Origin: Nitrosopumilus sp.
Lineage (GTDB): Archaea > Thermoproteota > Nitrososphaeria > Nitrososphaerales > Nitrosopumilaceae
Length of the DNA stretch: 64,000 nt
NCBI GenBank assembly: GCA_965218785.1
Contig: OZ244650.1
Location: 1,664,001 to 1,728,000 of the forward strand
Direction of reading: 5' to 3'
The position numbers were made by a program, and so were the translations under genes. Position 1 is the first letter of the stretch, and the number at the start of each line of letters is the position of its first letter. The notes beneath the pieces were generated by a model that saw nothing but the letters and a program-made list of their open reading frames with translations, did no database searches and was not told the DNA's origin. This document shows, one piece after another, positions 41,931 through 51,602 of this stretch.

Positions 41931-42635
41931 TTATTTCTTCTTTTCTTCCTCAGGGGCAGCAGCCTCATCGGGTTTTGGTGCTTCATCCAAGTCTGTTTTT
42001 TCCTCTTTGACAACTTTTGAGCTCTCCACGTGCTCAGAGTATTCCGAGTCCTTTTCCATCTTCTCAATGCCTGGCAGTTGATCAGAATCCTCCCTGTCTG
42101 TCTCCGATGAATCTGGTAATGTGAGTTCATTTTCTTTTTTATTATTTGACATGTGTTTTACAATCATGATTCCTATGACAATTACGATTATGATGTAGTT
42201 TATGGGCGGTTTTATCAGCTGTGTAACATATCCCACTTGTGGAAGTGTATATACTACTTTTCCTATGTATTCCTCTTCTGTAATTGGAAAGTCTGTGCCG
42301 GGAATTGATCCTGGATTTGCATCCCCTTGCGTTCTAATCTCTTTTGGATCATCATTAATTATTGAAACCACCCTATGTACGATTACCCTGTCATGATCTG
42401 AAGGTCGATTAAATACAATAATATCTCCGATGTCGATATTCTCAAAGGATTCATGCCCCTGAACTATAATGACGTCATAAACCTCCAGAGCGGGAATCAT
42501 GCTTCCACTGGCAACAACATAAAACGGATTTTGTGTTCCAAATGCCGCATATAATCCCAACCAAATTACCAAAACCCCCATACCAACTATGAGGACATCC
42601 TTGATGACTTTTTTTGAGATTAATCCTTTTGCCAA
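41931..42635 (-). CDS. signal peptidase I (archaeal/Sec11 type)
   Basis: VVASGSMIP, IVHRV and TQGDAN motifs. Confidence 0.92.
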   Translation of the reverse strand: MAKGLISKKVIKDVLIVGMGVLVIWLGLYAAFGTQNPFYVVASGSMIPALEVYDVIIVQGHESFENIDIGDIIVFNRPSDHDRVIVHRVVSIINDDPKEIRTQGDANPGSIPGTDFPITEEEYIGKVVYTLPQVGYVTQLIKPPINYIIIVIVIGIMIVKHMSNNKKENELTLPDSSETDREDSDQLPGIEKMEKDSEYSEHVESSKVVKEEKTDLDEAPKPDEAAAPEEEKKK

Positions 42636-42674
42636 TTATTCACACCTATATTCACTGATTAAATCTGTTATCTA

Positions 42675-43439
42675 TTAGAGCTTTGTTCCACACTCTTCAC
42701 AGAATTTAGAACCATCTTTATTTCCAAATCCACAGTTAGAACATTTACCTGGTTGACTGGCAGTTTCTGGAATTCCTAACAAAATCATTTCTCCAATTTT
42801 TTTGATATTATTCCATGGAATACTGCCTTCGGTTCCATCATTTTTAGTAATAACTAGAACCATTGATTGTGTAGAATCGATTCCTACTTGTTTTGCAACC
42901 CCGATCTTGTTTGCATTTTCATCAATTATGGGTCTTCCTTCAAGGGAGTCTATCGAGGTTGCCGGACCTGGCTGTGTAGTTGTTTCTTGCGGAGTCTGTG
43001 CAGGTTCTTGCGGGGTTGGTTTGGGTTCTTGCGGAGTCTGTGCAGGTTCTACAACTCGCTGTGGCGTGCTTTCTGTTGCAGGTTGTTCAGGTTTTGCACT
43101 TCCAATCTCTTTTGCCTCATCTTGTTTTTTGAATTCTCTGTATTCTGCAATTGTTGAATTACATGAATTGCATATGTATTGTCCCTTTTCAGCAAGAATC
43201 AGATTTTCTGCAATTTCCTCATTAGGATTCTCAAAATCCAATTTTGGAGGACCTTTGAATTCTTTTTCACACGTATTGCAAAAATGTTTAGAAATTTTTT
43301 CCGTATCTAGTCTGCCTATTGACGCCAAAAACAGATCAGGACCACCCAGATTCCCTTTCATTTGTTGTTTATCAGAAACATTGGCCATAACATAACCTCC
43401 AGAACCTCTTAATTTTTTAAGTCTAAACTCTGAACTCAT
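42675..43439 (-). CDS. zinc-ribbon / PRC-barrel domain protein with Pro-rich linker
   Basis: CNTC, CNSC, a PRC-like segment and C-terminal CSNCG..FCEECG; PAQTPQE tandem repeats at 42984-43050. Confidence 0.8.
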   Translation of the reverse strand: MSSEFRLKKLRGSGGYVMANVSDKQQMKGNLGGPDLFLASIGRLDTEKISKHFCNTCEKEFKGPPKLDFENPNEEIAENLILAEKGQYICNSCNSTIAEYREFKKQDEAKEIGSAKPEQPATESTPQRVVEPAQTPQEPKPTPQEPAQTPQETTTQPGPATSIDSLEGRPIIDENANKIGVAKQVGIDSTQSMVLVITKNDGTEGSIPWNNIKKIGEMILLGIPETASQPGKCSNCGFGNKDGSKFCEECGTKL

Positions 43440-43494
43440 GTCTGAGTTTTATCAAAACGTCATTTAACTGCTCGGTTCATTGTTATTATTTACT

Positions 43495-43716
43495 CAATCC
43501 CCTCCTTCCCCCACGTGCTCAAATTGAATAAAATATCCTAGATCCATTCAACGGATCAATAGGTGGTGGTAGGGTCATAACCACAAGAACACCAGAGGCT
43601 TGTCACTTTTGGCAGAATGGAAATATTTGGTACGTTGATGATTGTATGCCAAGATGGCAGAGATTGGGGAGGCTGGGAATCTAGGAACATTATCAAACTG
43701 ATGTGAGGGGTCATCC
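43495..43716. ncRNA. candidate ~220-nt structured RNA or leader
   Basis: End-to-end pairings CCCCTC/GAGGGG and TCCTAGAT/ATCTAGGA, plus three local hairpins. Confidence 0.35.
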
Positions 43717-43769
43717 TTTTGTTAATTCTGGTGAACATTTTTAGGTACGATTAACAAAACACCAGTACA

Positions 43770-44096
43770 ATGGGAATTACGCAAATTTCAGATACAAAGT
43801 CTTGGGAAATCGATGTGATAAACTCGGATATTCCTGTATTTGTGGACTTTTGGGCCGAATGGTGTGGTCCATGTAGGATGGTAGGTCCTGTAGTCGAAGA
43901 ACTGGCAAATGACTATGATGGCAAGGTAAAATTTGTCAAAGTTAATGTTGATGAGGCAAATGAATTGGCATCAAAATACAACGTCTTTAGTATTCCAACC
44001 CTGATCATTCTTAACAAAGGCGAAATAGTTAGCCAGCAGGTAGGAGCCGCCTCCAAAGAATCATACAAAAGTATGATTGATAGGGCATTGGCCTAA
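43770..44096 (+). CDS. trxA: thioredoxin
   Basis: VDFWAEWCGPCR and SIPT motifs. Confidence 0.96.
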   Translation: MGITQISDTKSWEIDVINSDIPVFVDFWAEWCGPCRMVGPVVEELANDYDGKVKFVKVNVDEANELASKYNVFSIPTLIILNKGEIVSQQVGAASKESYKSMIDRALA

Positions 44097-44188
44097 GTTC
44101 CAAAAATACGTTTTTCTTCTTTTTATTTTGCTAAAACAGCAGTTCCAATGGTTTAATTACCGAACAAATTGACCAAACTTTGATAGAT

Positions 44189-44518
44189 ATGTCATATGAG
44201 CGAGAAAGAGAGATGTTTGATGCAAAGTGTGGTGACTGTGGAAAAGATTGCAAGATCCCATTCAAACCAAAAGAAGACAGACCTGTCTATTGTAATGATT
44301 GTTTCCAAAATCATAGATCTGCACCAAAAAGCGGTGGCAGGTTTGGTGACCGTTCAGGAAGTTTCAATCGAGGCTCAAGATTTGGTAGAAGAGATGACAG
44401 ACCACGCGAAATGTTTGATGCAAAATGTGGCGACTGTGGAAAAGATTGCCAGATCCCATTCAAACCAAAAGAAGACAGACCTGTCTATTGTAATGATTGT
44501 TTCCAAAATCACAGGTAA
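44189..44518 (+). CDS. tandem CxxC-x17-CxxC domain protein
   Basis: Two near-identical MFDAKCGDCGKDC.IPFKPKEDRPVYCNDCF units joined by an RG-rich linker. Confidence 0.9.
   Translation: MSYEREREMFDAKCGDCGKDCKIPFKPKEDRPVYCNDCFQNHRSAPKSGGRFGDRSGSFNRGSRFGRRDDRPREMFDAKCGDCGKDCQIPFKPKEDRPVYCNDCFQNHR
44213..44511 (+). repeat. 101-bp intragenic direct repeat
   Basis: 44213-44313 versus 44411-44511, 3 mismatches. Confidence 0.95.
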
Positions 44519-44571
44519 AATTAGCTCGACCTATCCTAAAGTAATTAATATTCCAAAAATTAAGATCCAAC

Positions 44572-45102
44572 ATGTCATTTGGTGAAGTAGATACATTAGG
44601 CATGTTATTTAAAAAACTGGAAAGTTTGTTTGATGAATCTCAGGGATACTATGAGTCCTTTCTAGATACAAACAACATGTACAAGAAAGGTCAACTAAGT
44701 GACAAAGAATTCTTTCAAAAGTTAGGTGATTATACTGTTGCATATTCTGCACTGGAATTTTTAGCAGTCAAAGTACTATTTGAAATGGGAAAATCATTAA
44801 ACACTGGAACTGGCAATACGCAATCTCCTGGTTTGATGCCGGGAATGGGAAATCCTGGAATGATGCCAGGTGGAATACCTCCAAGATCAGGAACAGCAGA
44901 AAACCCAGTTGGTGGTGCAGGTCCGCCGGGAATTGTTTCGACAAAAGAAGCATTTGGCGATGTTGGAACCCTGCCATCACCGGATCCAGCTTTGATGCCA
45001 AGAAGAACCGTTATACAACCTGGTGGAAATGGATGCTCTTCATGCGGAGCAGAACTCAGATCAAACGCAAAATTTTGCACAAAGTGCGGAACCAAAACAT
45101 AA
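44572..45102 (+). CDS. zinc-ribbon domain protein
   Basis: Helical N-terminus, Gly/Pro/Met linker, CSSCG...FCTKCG. Confidence 0.82.
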   Translation: MSFGEVDTLGMLFKKLESLFDESQGYYESFLDTNNMYKKGQLSDKEFFQKLGDYTVAYSALEFLAVKVLFEMGKSLNTGTGNTQSPGLMPGMGNPGMMPGGIPPRSGTAENPVGGAGPPGIVSTKEAFGDVGTLPSPDPALMPRRTVIQPGGNGCSSCGAELRSNAKFCTKCGTKT

Positions 45103-45118
45103 ACTAAAAATTATTTTA

Positions 45119-45478
45119 TTATTCTTGTGTCGTACCACATTCAGGACAGAATTTTGCAGTTGTAGAAAGACTGGTTCCACATTCAGAACAGAACTTTCCA
45201 TCTGTCTCCACTTCATTGTATGCATTTCCAACATTGGCAGAATTTCTGACTGCTCCGGATGGTTCGTATTTATCATCATCAATCAGTACCGGTTCAAAGT
45301 CTTGTTCTGTCAGAAAAGTCATCATTCTCGGAATTCCTTTTCCATCATTGCTAGGATCTGGAACTGAATCCCCCAACCAGAATGCAAATCTCATCAGAGT
45401 CAACTCTGGAGTTGAGAATGCCAGAGTATGCTTTGACATGTATTCTTGTGCAGCTTTTTTGCCGTCAAAAACTTCCAT
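45119..45478 (-). CDS. zinc-ribbon domain protein
   Basis: C-terminal FCSECG...FCPECG. Confidence 0.82.
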   Translation of the reverse strand: MEVFDGKKAAQEYMSKHTLAFSTPELTLMRFAFWLGDSVPDPSNDGKGIPRMMTFLTEQDFEPVLIDDDKYEPSGAVRNSANVGNAYNEVETDGKFCSECGTSLSTTAKFCPECGTTQE

Positions 45479-45522
45479 AGGGATAGTAATTTTTGTTTAT
45501 GTATAATGGTTTCTGGAAAAGG

Positions 45523-45594
45523 TGGACCGGGAGGGAATCGAACCCTCGACATCCTCGTTGCGAACGAGGCATTATGCCCCTAAACCACCGGCCC
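45523..45594 (-). tRNA. tRNA-Ala(CGC)
   Basis: Reverse complement acceptor GGGCCGG/CCGGTCC with G3-U70; CCTCG-TT-CGC-AA-CGAGG. Confidence 0.95.
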
Positions 45595-45649
45595 CCACAT
45601 TGCTTCTTTGCATGCTTTTTTATTCACTCTCTTAAGAAATGACCTGAAA

Positions 45650-46010
45650 TTAGCCAGTAGTGCCTAGTGTGTTTCCACGGTAGTCATTACATGACAAATA
45701 ATGCCAGGTTTCCGAGTTTTACCATTGTTAACAAAACCCACGCCTATTTCATGGTTGGCAGTTCCATCCATATCTTGGGTTTCCTTGTATTTGAATGCCT
45801 ATTAGTATCCAATAGATGGGTTTTTCGGACCTTGGCTTAACAGAAGAAATTGGAGGAGAGGCAAAGTTTACTGTATATCACATCATGTTAAACGCCTGAA
45901 ATTCATGAATCACCAATACATCTTTGAATGTAAATGTAAATACAGCGTGAATGTCGCTGGCCATTTTGTGAGCTGGTTTTCCCCCTTTTGCAAATGCCCA
46001 AGTTTGAAAC
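45650..46010 (-). pseudogene. degraded gene remnant
   Basis: Protein-like fragments (MASDIHAVFTFTFKDV..., EIGVGFVNNGK, HYLSCNDYR) broken by stops and frameshifts. Confidence 0.3.
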
Positions 46011-46208
46011 AGATTAGCACAAAATACTACAGTATACCCTGCTAGTCAGTAGAATGGTTTTTCCAGTCATTGAAATTCCCAGATTTTTTCTACTGAAATC
46101 AAACTAACATTTTATACATGCAGATAAAATTCCGTTTCATTCCCATATTCTATAGTAATATTGTGAAATTCTCAAAGAATAATAGACTGGTTGGCATAAA
46201 ACTTTCAG

Positions 46209-47612
46209 ATGACTTTTGATACCGTGATTACCGATTCACACATTGTACTTGCCCAAGGAATTGTAGACAAGAACATCATAATTGACGAGGGCAAGATTGT
46301 CGGATTTACAAATGATGTTCCAGCATGTGATCACAAAATAAACGGAGATGGATTGATCTCGATTCCAGGCCCGATTGACACTCATGTTCACTATGGCGTA
46401 TATTCCCCAATAAACAAAGCCGCTAAAACTGAATCACACGCTGCGGCAATTGGCGGGATAACTACCATGATGAGAATGCTCAGACTAGGGGATCCGTTTT
46501 CTAGATCACTGCAGGCCCAGCTTGATGCCGCATCTCAAAACCATTATGTGGATTATGCAATTCATGCCTCGATATTTACTCTACAGCAAATCAATGAGAT
46601 GAAATTCTGTGTTGAAAAAGGAATCACGTCTTTTAAGATTTACATGAATCTTGGTGGTGAAATAGGTCATGTATATATGGACATGCCCCCGGACTCGTCT
46701 GATCTTGTTGTGTCCCAGGTGGATGTCACTGATGAAATAGTCGAACAGACTGTAAAGGCAGCAGCTGGGCTTGGCTGTCCGGTACTTGTTCATGCAGAAG
46801 ACTATGAGTTATGCGGATGCGGGATTAAAACTGCAAGAGAGAAAAAACAGGATGGATTGTCTGCATGGTCCAAAAGCCGTTCTCCCGAATTTGAAGCAAA
46901 GGCAATTAAAACAGTTTCAAAGTTTGGACGGGATTATGATTGTGTGATTTATTTTGTTCATATTGGCTCTGCTCATGCTTTGAGACAAATTGAGGAGGAG
47001 AAAAAACTTGGAACGAAAATTTTCGTAGAGACATGTCCTCATTATCTTACATTATCTTATGAGAAACAGGAAGGATATCTTGCCAAAGTCATGCCTCCAA
47101 TAAGAACTGAAAATGACAGACAGGCAGTCTGGAACGCACTTTGTGCAAATCAAATCGATACTATTGGCACGGATCATGTTGCAAATCAACTCAAACTCAA
47201 ATTGGGCGGAGACGATGTCTGGGGGGCACTTGCGGGATTTCCCGGAATTGGAACCGTAATTCCGATATTGCTCAACTATGGCATAAATCAAAATAAAATA
47301 ACACTACAACAGTTTGTCCAGTTTACTAGTCGTAACGCGGCTCAAATCTTTGGAATGTATCCACAAAAAGGAACATTAGAAAAGAATTCTGATGCGGATA
47401 TTACAATGATTGATTTGAAAAAAGAAAAAAAGGTAGCATCGGAATTATTTGGTGGATTTTCAGATTATATCGTGTATGAGGGGAAAAATCTCAGGGGCTG
47501 GCCCGTAAAGACAATAGTTAGAGGTCAAATTATTGCCGATGACTTTAAAGTGGTTGGAAAACAGGGTTCTGGCAAGCTAGTTGAGCGAAATATTGACTTG
47601 ATTTCAAAATAA
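46209..47612 (+). CDS. cyclic amidohydrolase (dihydroorotase/allantoinase/hydantoinase family)
   Basis: IDTHVH, GGITT, SFKIYM, VHAED, ETCPHYL, PPIR and GTDH motifs. Confidence 0.9.
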   Translation: MTFDTVITDSHIVLAQGIVDKNIIIDEGKIVGFTNDVPACDHKINGDGLISIPGPIDTHVHYGVYSPINKAAKTESHAAAIGGITTMMRMLRLGDPFSRSLQAQLDAASQNHYVDYAIHASIFTLQQINEMKFCVEKGITSFKIYMNLGGEIGHVYMDMPPDSSDLVVSQVDVTDEIVEQTVKAAAGLGCPVLVHAEDYELCGCGIKTAREKKQDGLSAWSKSRSPEFEAKAIKTVSKFGRDYDCVIYFVHIGSAHALRQIEEEKKLGTKIFVETCPHYLTLSYEKQEGYLAKVMPPIRTENDRQAVWNALCANQIDTIGTDHVANQLKLKLGGDDVWGALAGFPGIGTVIPILLNYGINQNKITLQQFVQFTSRNAAQIFGMYPQKGTLEKNSDADITMIDLKKEKKVASELFGGFSDYIVYEGKNLRGWPVKTIVRGQIIADDFKVVGKQGSGKLVERNIDLISK

Positions 47613-47694
47613 TATTCTAGATTTTTGTAATTAACTTGTGTTGTATGATTAGAATCAATGGATACCTTAAACAACATCAAGGACTGGCAGATTT

Positions 47695-48583
47695 GTGAAC
47701 AGAATCACAACGGGGGTTTTAACCATAATTATTCTGGGTATTTCCCAGATGGCCTTTGCTGATTCAGAAATAGATGAAAAATTAGAATTTGCAGGAACAT
47801 TGGAAGAAACACTGGGACACTTGGGTACTGGAGATTAATCTTGGTGAAAATAATGCAGAATTGGCAATGGTTCATGCAACACATCCCATCTCTGAATTGT
47901 ATCACACAATGAGCGGACATCTTGAGGCAAATCCAGAGTTTGATCAAAAACTTCAACAGACTCTGTTGGAGTTAAAGGATAGGGCAAGTACTGACGTTTC
48001 ACAAAGTCAAGCTCAAACAGCAATTGATAACGCCAAAGAGATCATTGAGGAAGCACGGGAAGTTGTAGTTGGCCAGAAATTAAGTGACAAGCCTGAATTT
48101 AAGATGCGATTAATCAATCAACTTCTTGAGACTTCAAAAGTTGAATACAGGGAAGCGGTATCTGATGGAATCATTGAAGAGGTGGCGGAATTTCAAGATG
48201 GCTCTGCATTTATCTGGCAATCTCAGCAAATATTCAATACTATCAAAGATATCAAGCCAGTTGATTTAGAACGAATCAATGAACGCTATGAACAGGTATG
48301 GTCTGATTTTGACTCGCGGGCAAATCCTGCGGATGTAACAGATTCCATAGATGCGATAATTTATGAATTTGAAGAATTGTCCGGAATTCAATCCGTTGCA
48401 TCAGAACATAAACAGGCATATCTTGCCGGCTTGTCTCCCTTAAAACAACTCAGAGAGGGAGCTGGGCCGGAAAATATTCAGTGCAGGTCTTTAATGGAAC
48501 TGATATTCAAACCATCCGGAGATCCTGCATGTGTAAAATCTTCAAATATTCAAAAACTAGTTGATTTGGGTTGGAGCCGGTGA
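47695..48583 (+). pseudogene. frameshifted secreted helical protein with C-terminal SPLKQ...C...PACVK domain
   Basis: GTG-start signal peptide frame (..AFADSE..FAGTLEETLGH) stops at ~47838; the body continues in another frame from 47822 (WVLEINL..HATHP). Confidence 0.7.
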
Positions 48584-48626
48584 TCCTACTTTTTATTTTA
48601 TAATTGATCCTCTTAAAAGGAAAAAA

Positions 48627-48731
48627 GTGTGTGGCTACTGGCCATCTTAATCTGGTTTGACAGCATCCAATTCATATCTGCTGCAAGTGACCTGATTCCG
48701 TTTAGAATTTTACCAGTAGGTATCAACATAC
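48627..48731 (+). ncRNA. candidate long-hairpin small RNA
   Basis: Four nested helices; TATA-like TTTTATAAT ~25 bp upstream; lies between convergent genes. Confidence 0.45.
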
Positions 48732-48758
48732 AGAAACTTCAGTCATACCTGAATTGAT

Positions 48759-49433
48759 CTATAATATGTCAAATCTGCCGTTTGTTTTGGCCCTGTAAAT
48801 TATATCCGGTTTCCTAAGAAATATTCCAGATTCCAATACTCCGGCTGTTTGTTTGATTTTTTGTGTCAGCATCTTTGGGTTCTTTATTGTTCCAAAATCA
48901 CAATCCAGGATTATGTTGCCATTTTCTGTAAAGAACGTATAACCTCTATCCAAAGAACGCAGCTGTGCTGTTCCCCCCAGTTTATTGATGGAATTTGTTA
49001 CCAAAGTTCTTGCAAATGGGTGGGCCTCGATTGGAACGGTTCTTGTAAAATTTTTTACGAACTTTGTCGTGTCTGCCATAACTATGACTTTTTTTGCAAG
49101 ATTAAACAAAATATTTTCCCGCAGCAAGGCCCCACCGCCGCCTTTAATGACAAATTTATGCGAATCTATCTGATCCGCACCATCAAACATTACATCAATG
49201 TGATCTACTTGATCAGCTTCCACAAGCGGTATTCCTGCTTTTTCTGCAACTTGTTTAATTTGTAATGACGTTGGAATTCCTACAACATGATAGTCCTTTA
49301 TCTCAATTAGCTTTCCAAGTGATTTTACAAGCGTTGTTGCGGCTCTTCCACTTCCCAATCCAATAATGGAATAGTCTTTAACATGCCTTAGTGCGTCATT
49401 TGATAATGCCTTGATGGCACCATCATAGGACAA
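48759..49433 (-). CDS. rpiA: ribose-5-phosphate isomerase A
   Basis: GLGSG, DGADQ, IKGGGGALLRE and TENGNIILD motifs. Confidence 0.95.
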   Translation of the reverse strand: MSYDGAIKALSNDALRHVKDYSIIGLGSGRAATTLVKSLGKLIEIKDYHVVGIPTSLQIKQVAEKAGIPLVEADQVDHIDVMFDGADQIDSHKFVIKGGGGALLRENILFNLAKKVIVMADTTKFVKNFTRTVPIEAHPFARTLVTNSINKLGGTAQLRSLDRGYTFFTENGNIILDCDFGTIKNPKMLTQKIKQTAGVLESGIFLRKPDIIYRAKTNGRFDIL

Positions 49434-50399
49434 TTACTCTACCTCTGCCTGATCAAGTTTTGATAGTACTTTCATGATGTTGTCTTTGATCTTATCCAAA
49501 TCATCTGCATCATCATCATCATCATCATCAAAGTCATCATCTAGTGTTGTGACTTTTGGATTTCCTTCCATTCTTGGTCCTGGTAGTGCCTTGTGTTCTG
49601 TAATTTTTGCAACTTCCTTGTTAATATCGGGTTTTGTTTCCAATCCCTGTTTTGTTACCGGTGGGATAATCTCAATTTTGTCTCCAACATTTTGTCTTGA
49701 AATAGGAATGATTTCTCGTGTAATATCTTCTTTTGATGTAATAATTTCATTTTGAATTGTCTTTGGTTGTGACATTGGTTTTTCAATCTCATGTTTTGAT
49801 TCCTCAAATAATGGGAATTTTGGTTCCTTTCTTGAGATATTTGTCAAAGTGGTTAATTCAAATGACTGCCTTGATTTTGTTGCAGGAATTTCAATTGGTT
49901 TTATCTCTGTCTCTTTTGGTTTATCAAAGTTAAACGGTTTTGATTTGTATTTTGGTTCCTGTTTTTTCATTTCAGGTTCTTTCTTTGGAGGTTCTATTTT
50001 TGCACCTGTCATCTTTGATGAGATTTCATATAGTCTATCGTCTAGTTTTGACAATTTTTGATCCATCAGAGTAATCAAACCATCCCCAACTGGTCCCAAA
50101 TCAGGGTGTTTACTTGCTTGTTCAAGTTTTTCTAGCTTGGCTAAGACGATTCCTAATTGGTGCTGGTATTTCAGCAGCAGTCTGTCCTTTTTAATCTTGG
50201 AAAATTCTGAATCTGTTTGGTATAATCTTGAAACTGTTTTGGTGAGTATGTCTTTTTCAATTTTGAGAGAATTGATCTGGCTTTGGATGTGCGAACTTGC
50301 ACTAAGACTGAGTAATTTTTTATCTCTTGGCATTTTTCGCACGGCAGCAGCTGTAGCTACGCCGGCTAGTGAACTAAGAATAAGAACGATTTCTTGCAT
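49434..50399 (-). CDS. membrane-anchored coiled-coil hypothetical protein
   Basis: N-terminal hydrophobic anchor, coiled coil, acidic tract, ends LDQAEVE. Confidence 0.75.
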   Translation of the reverse strand: MQEIVLILSSLAGVATAAAVRKMPRDKKLLSLSASSHIQSQINSLKIEKDILTKTVSRLYQTDSEFSKIKKDRLLLKYQHQLGIVLAKLEKLEQASKHPDLGPVGDGLITLMDQKLSKLDDRLYEISSKMTGAKIEPPKKEPEMKKQEPKYKSKPFNFDKPKETEIKPIEIPATKSRQSFELTTLTNISRKEPKFPLFEESKHEIEKPMSQPKTIQNEIITSKEDITREIIPISRQNVGDKIEIIPPVTKQGLETKPDINKEVAKITEHKALPGPRMEGNPKVTTLDDDFDDDDDDDADDLDKIKDNIMKVLSKLDQAEVE

Positions 50400-50567
50400 C
50401 TATGTATACCATTTAATCCAGGAATACTTTCTGCGTTTGGCCTTTGGGAATCCACAACTTGCGCATTGGTGATGGCGCTTGTGCAACGAGTTTTTACCAC
50501 ATCTTCTACATCTGATGTGAACTTTCTTTTTGGTAAAACCACCCATAGAAGTTGTACCTTTCACCAT
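50400..50567 (-). CDS. rpl37e: 50S ribosomal protein L37e
   Basis: [41 protein letters not shown]...; follows Lsm; not in ORF track. Confidence 0.96.
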   Translation of the reverse strand: MVKGTTSMGGFTKKKVHIRCRRCGKNSLHKRHHQCASCGFPKAKRRKYSWIKWYT

Positions 50568-50577
50568 CGTACATCAC

Positions 50578-50814
50578 CTAATTTTGTGCCGGAGGAGGAG
50601 ATATCATAACTACATTGTCTCCTCTAACTACAATGGTTCCAAGGCCTTTAGAATCGCCTTCAGCAGGAATTTCCTCTGAAGAATCGAGTAGCAGGTTCAT
50701 GTGCTGGTCAAAACCAAGAAGGTTACCCCTGATGGTCTTGTTTCCTTTGAGCTTTATCAATACAACTTGATTTATGCTCTCATCTAGTACTTTTACTGCC
50801 ATATCAACGGACAT
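50578..50814 (-). CDS. Sm-like (Lsm/SmAP) protein
   Basis: [14 protein letters not shown] and VRGDNV motifs. Confidence 0.95.
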   Translation of the reverse strand: MSVDMAVKVLDESINQVVLIKLKGNKTIRGNLLGFDQHMNLLLDSSEEIPAEGDSKGLGTIVVRGDNVVMISPPPAQN

Positions 50815-50870
50815 TATATCACTTATTGACTATGATATTGAGGGATTATATTAAAATTTCATTGGTGTAA

Positions 50871-51602
50871 CTATAAGCCATGCTCAGTAAGGCAAGTTTG
50901 ACACTTTTTTCCCAAATTTTGGATGATTTCAGCTAAAATCGCCTGTCCGTCTTTCTTTGTAGCTTTTGTCGGATCGCCCCAAACCCCATTTTTTGTAGCT
51001 TTTGGGAATGACTGACTGGCCAGTTTCCCAAGTTTTCTGATTTGCTGGTCTGTCATCCCATCTGTAACTAATCCCTTCTTGGCTAATTTCATTTTGACGT
51101 TTTTTGAAATTGCCAACATTAGTGATGTTTCCACAAATCCGGCATGATCAAAGTCTCTTTTCATAAAATGCCAATAAGATAGTGGGAATATTCTGAGCCT
51201 GTTTTTGGAGGGTTTTTGTAGCCTTGCATCTATGTTCTTGATTGATTTTAGATTTCCATGATGTCCATTAATTATGAAAACCGTTTTGATGTTATTTGAT
51301 AAGAGTGAGGAGCACAAATCTGAAAGGACGGTACGCAGAGTTGATTCTTTGATACTTAGATTAAAAAACGGCGCATGCTCAAATGAGACACCATAATTGA
51401 TTGTTGGTAGAAGAAGATATCCCCTGTTTTTAGTTAATCTTTTTGCTACTTCAGTTACAATATCAGAGTCTGTCGATACGGGCAGGTGTGGTCCGTGCTG
51501 TTCTATTGAGCCAATTGGGATGACTGCAATCTGATTTTTCTTTTTGATTGATCTTCTAAGAACAGGATCAAGTTGTGTTTTGATATCTGACATGTAATTC
51601 AC
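50871..51602 (-). CDS. creatininase family amidohydrolase
   Basis: GSIEQHGPHLP..TD, SFEH, NGHHGN and HAGFVETS motifs. Confidence 0.9.
   Translation of the reverse strand: MNYMSDIKTQLDPVLRRSIKKKNQIAVIPIGSIEQHGPHLPVSTDSDIVTEVAKRLTKNRGYLLLPTINYGVSFEHAPFFNLSIKESTLRTVLSDLCSSLLSNNIKTVFIINGHHGNLKSIKNIDARLQKPSKNRLRIFPLSYWHFMKRDFDHAGFVETSLMLAISKNVKMKLAKKGLVTDGMTDQQIRKLGKLASQSFPKATKNGVWGDPTKATKKDGQAILAEIIQNLGKKCQTCLTEHGL

Noticed and set aside
42984-43050. 21-bp tandem repeats
   Set aside because: Ordinary Pro/Gln/Thr linker expansion within a CDS
43495-43716. SRP RNA or RNase P RNA
   Set aside because: No SRP54-binding helix-8 motif and no GAGGAAAGTCC-like RNase P motif on either strand
46209-51602. 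Creatinine/hydantoin-to-urea degradation pathway from the amidohydrolase and creatininase genes
   Set aside because: Genes are unlinked to the urease locus and sit among housekeeping genes; substrates cannot be inferred from motifs
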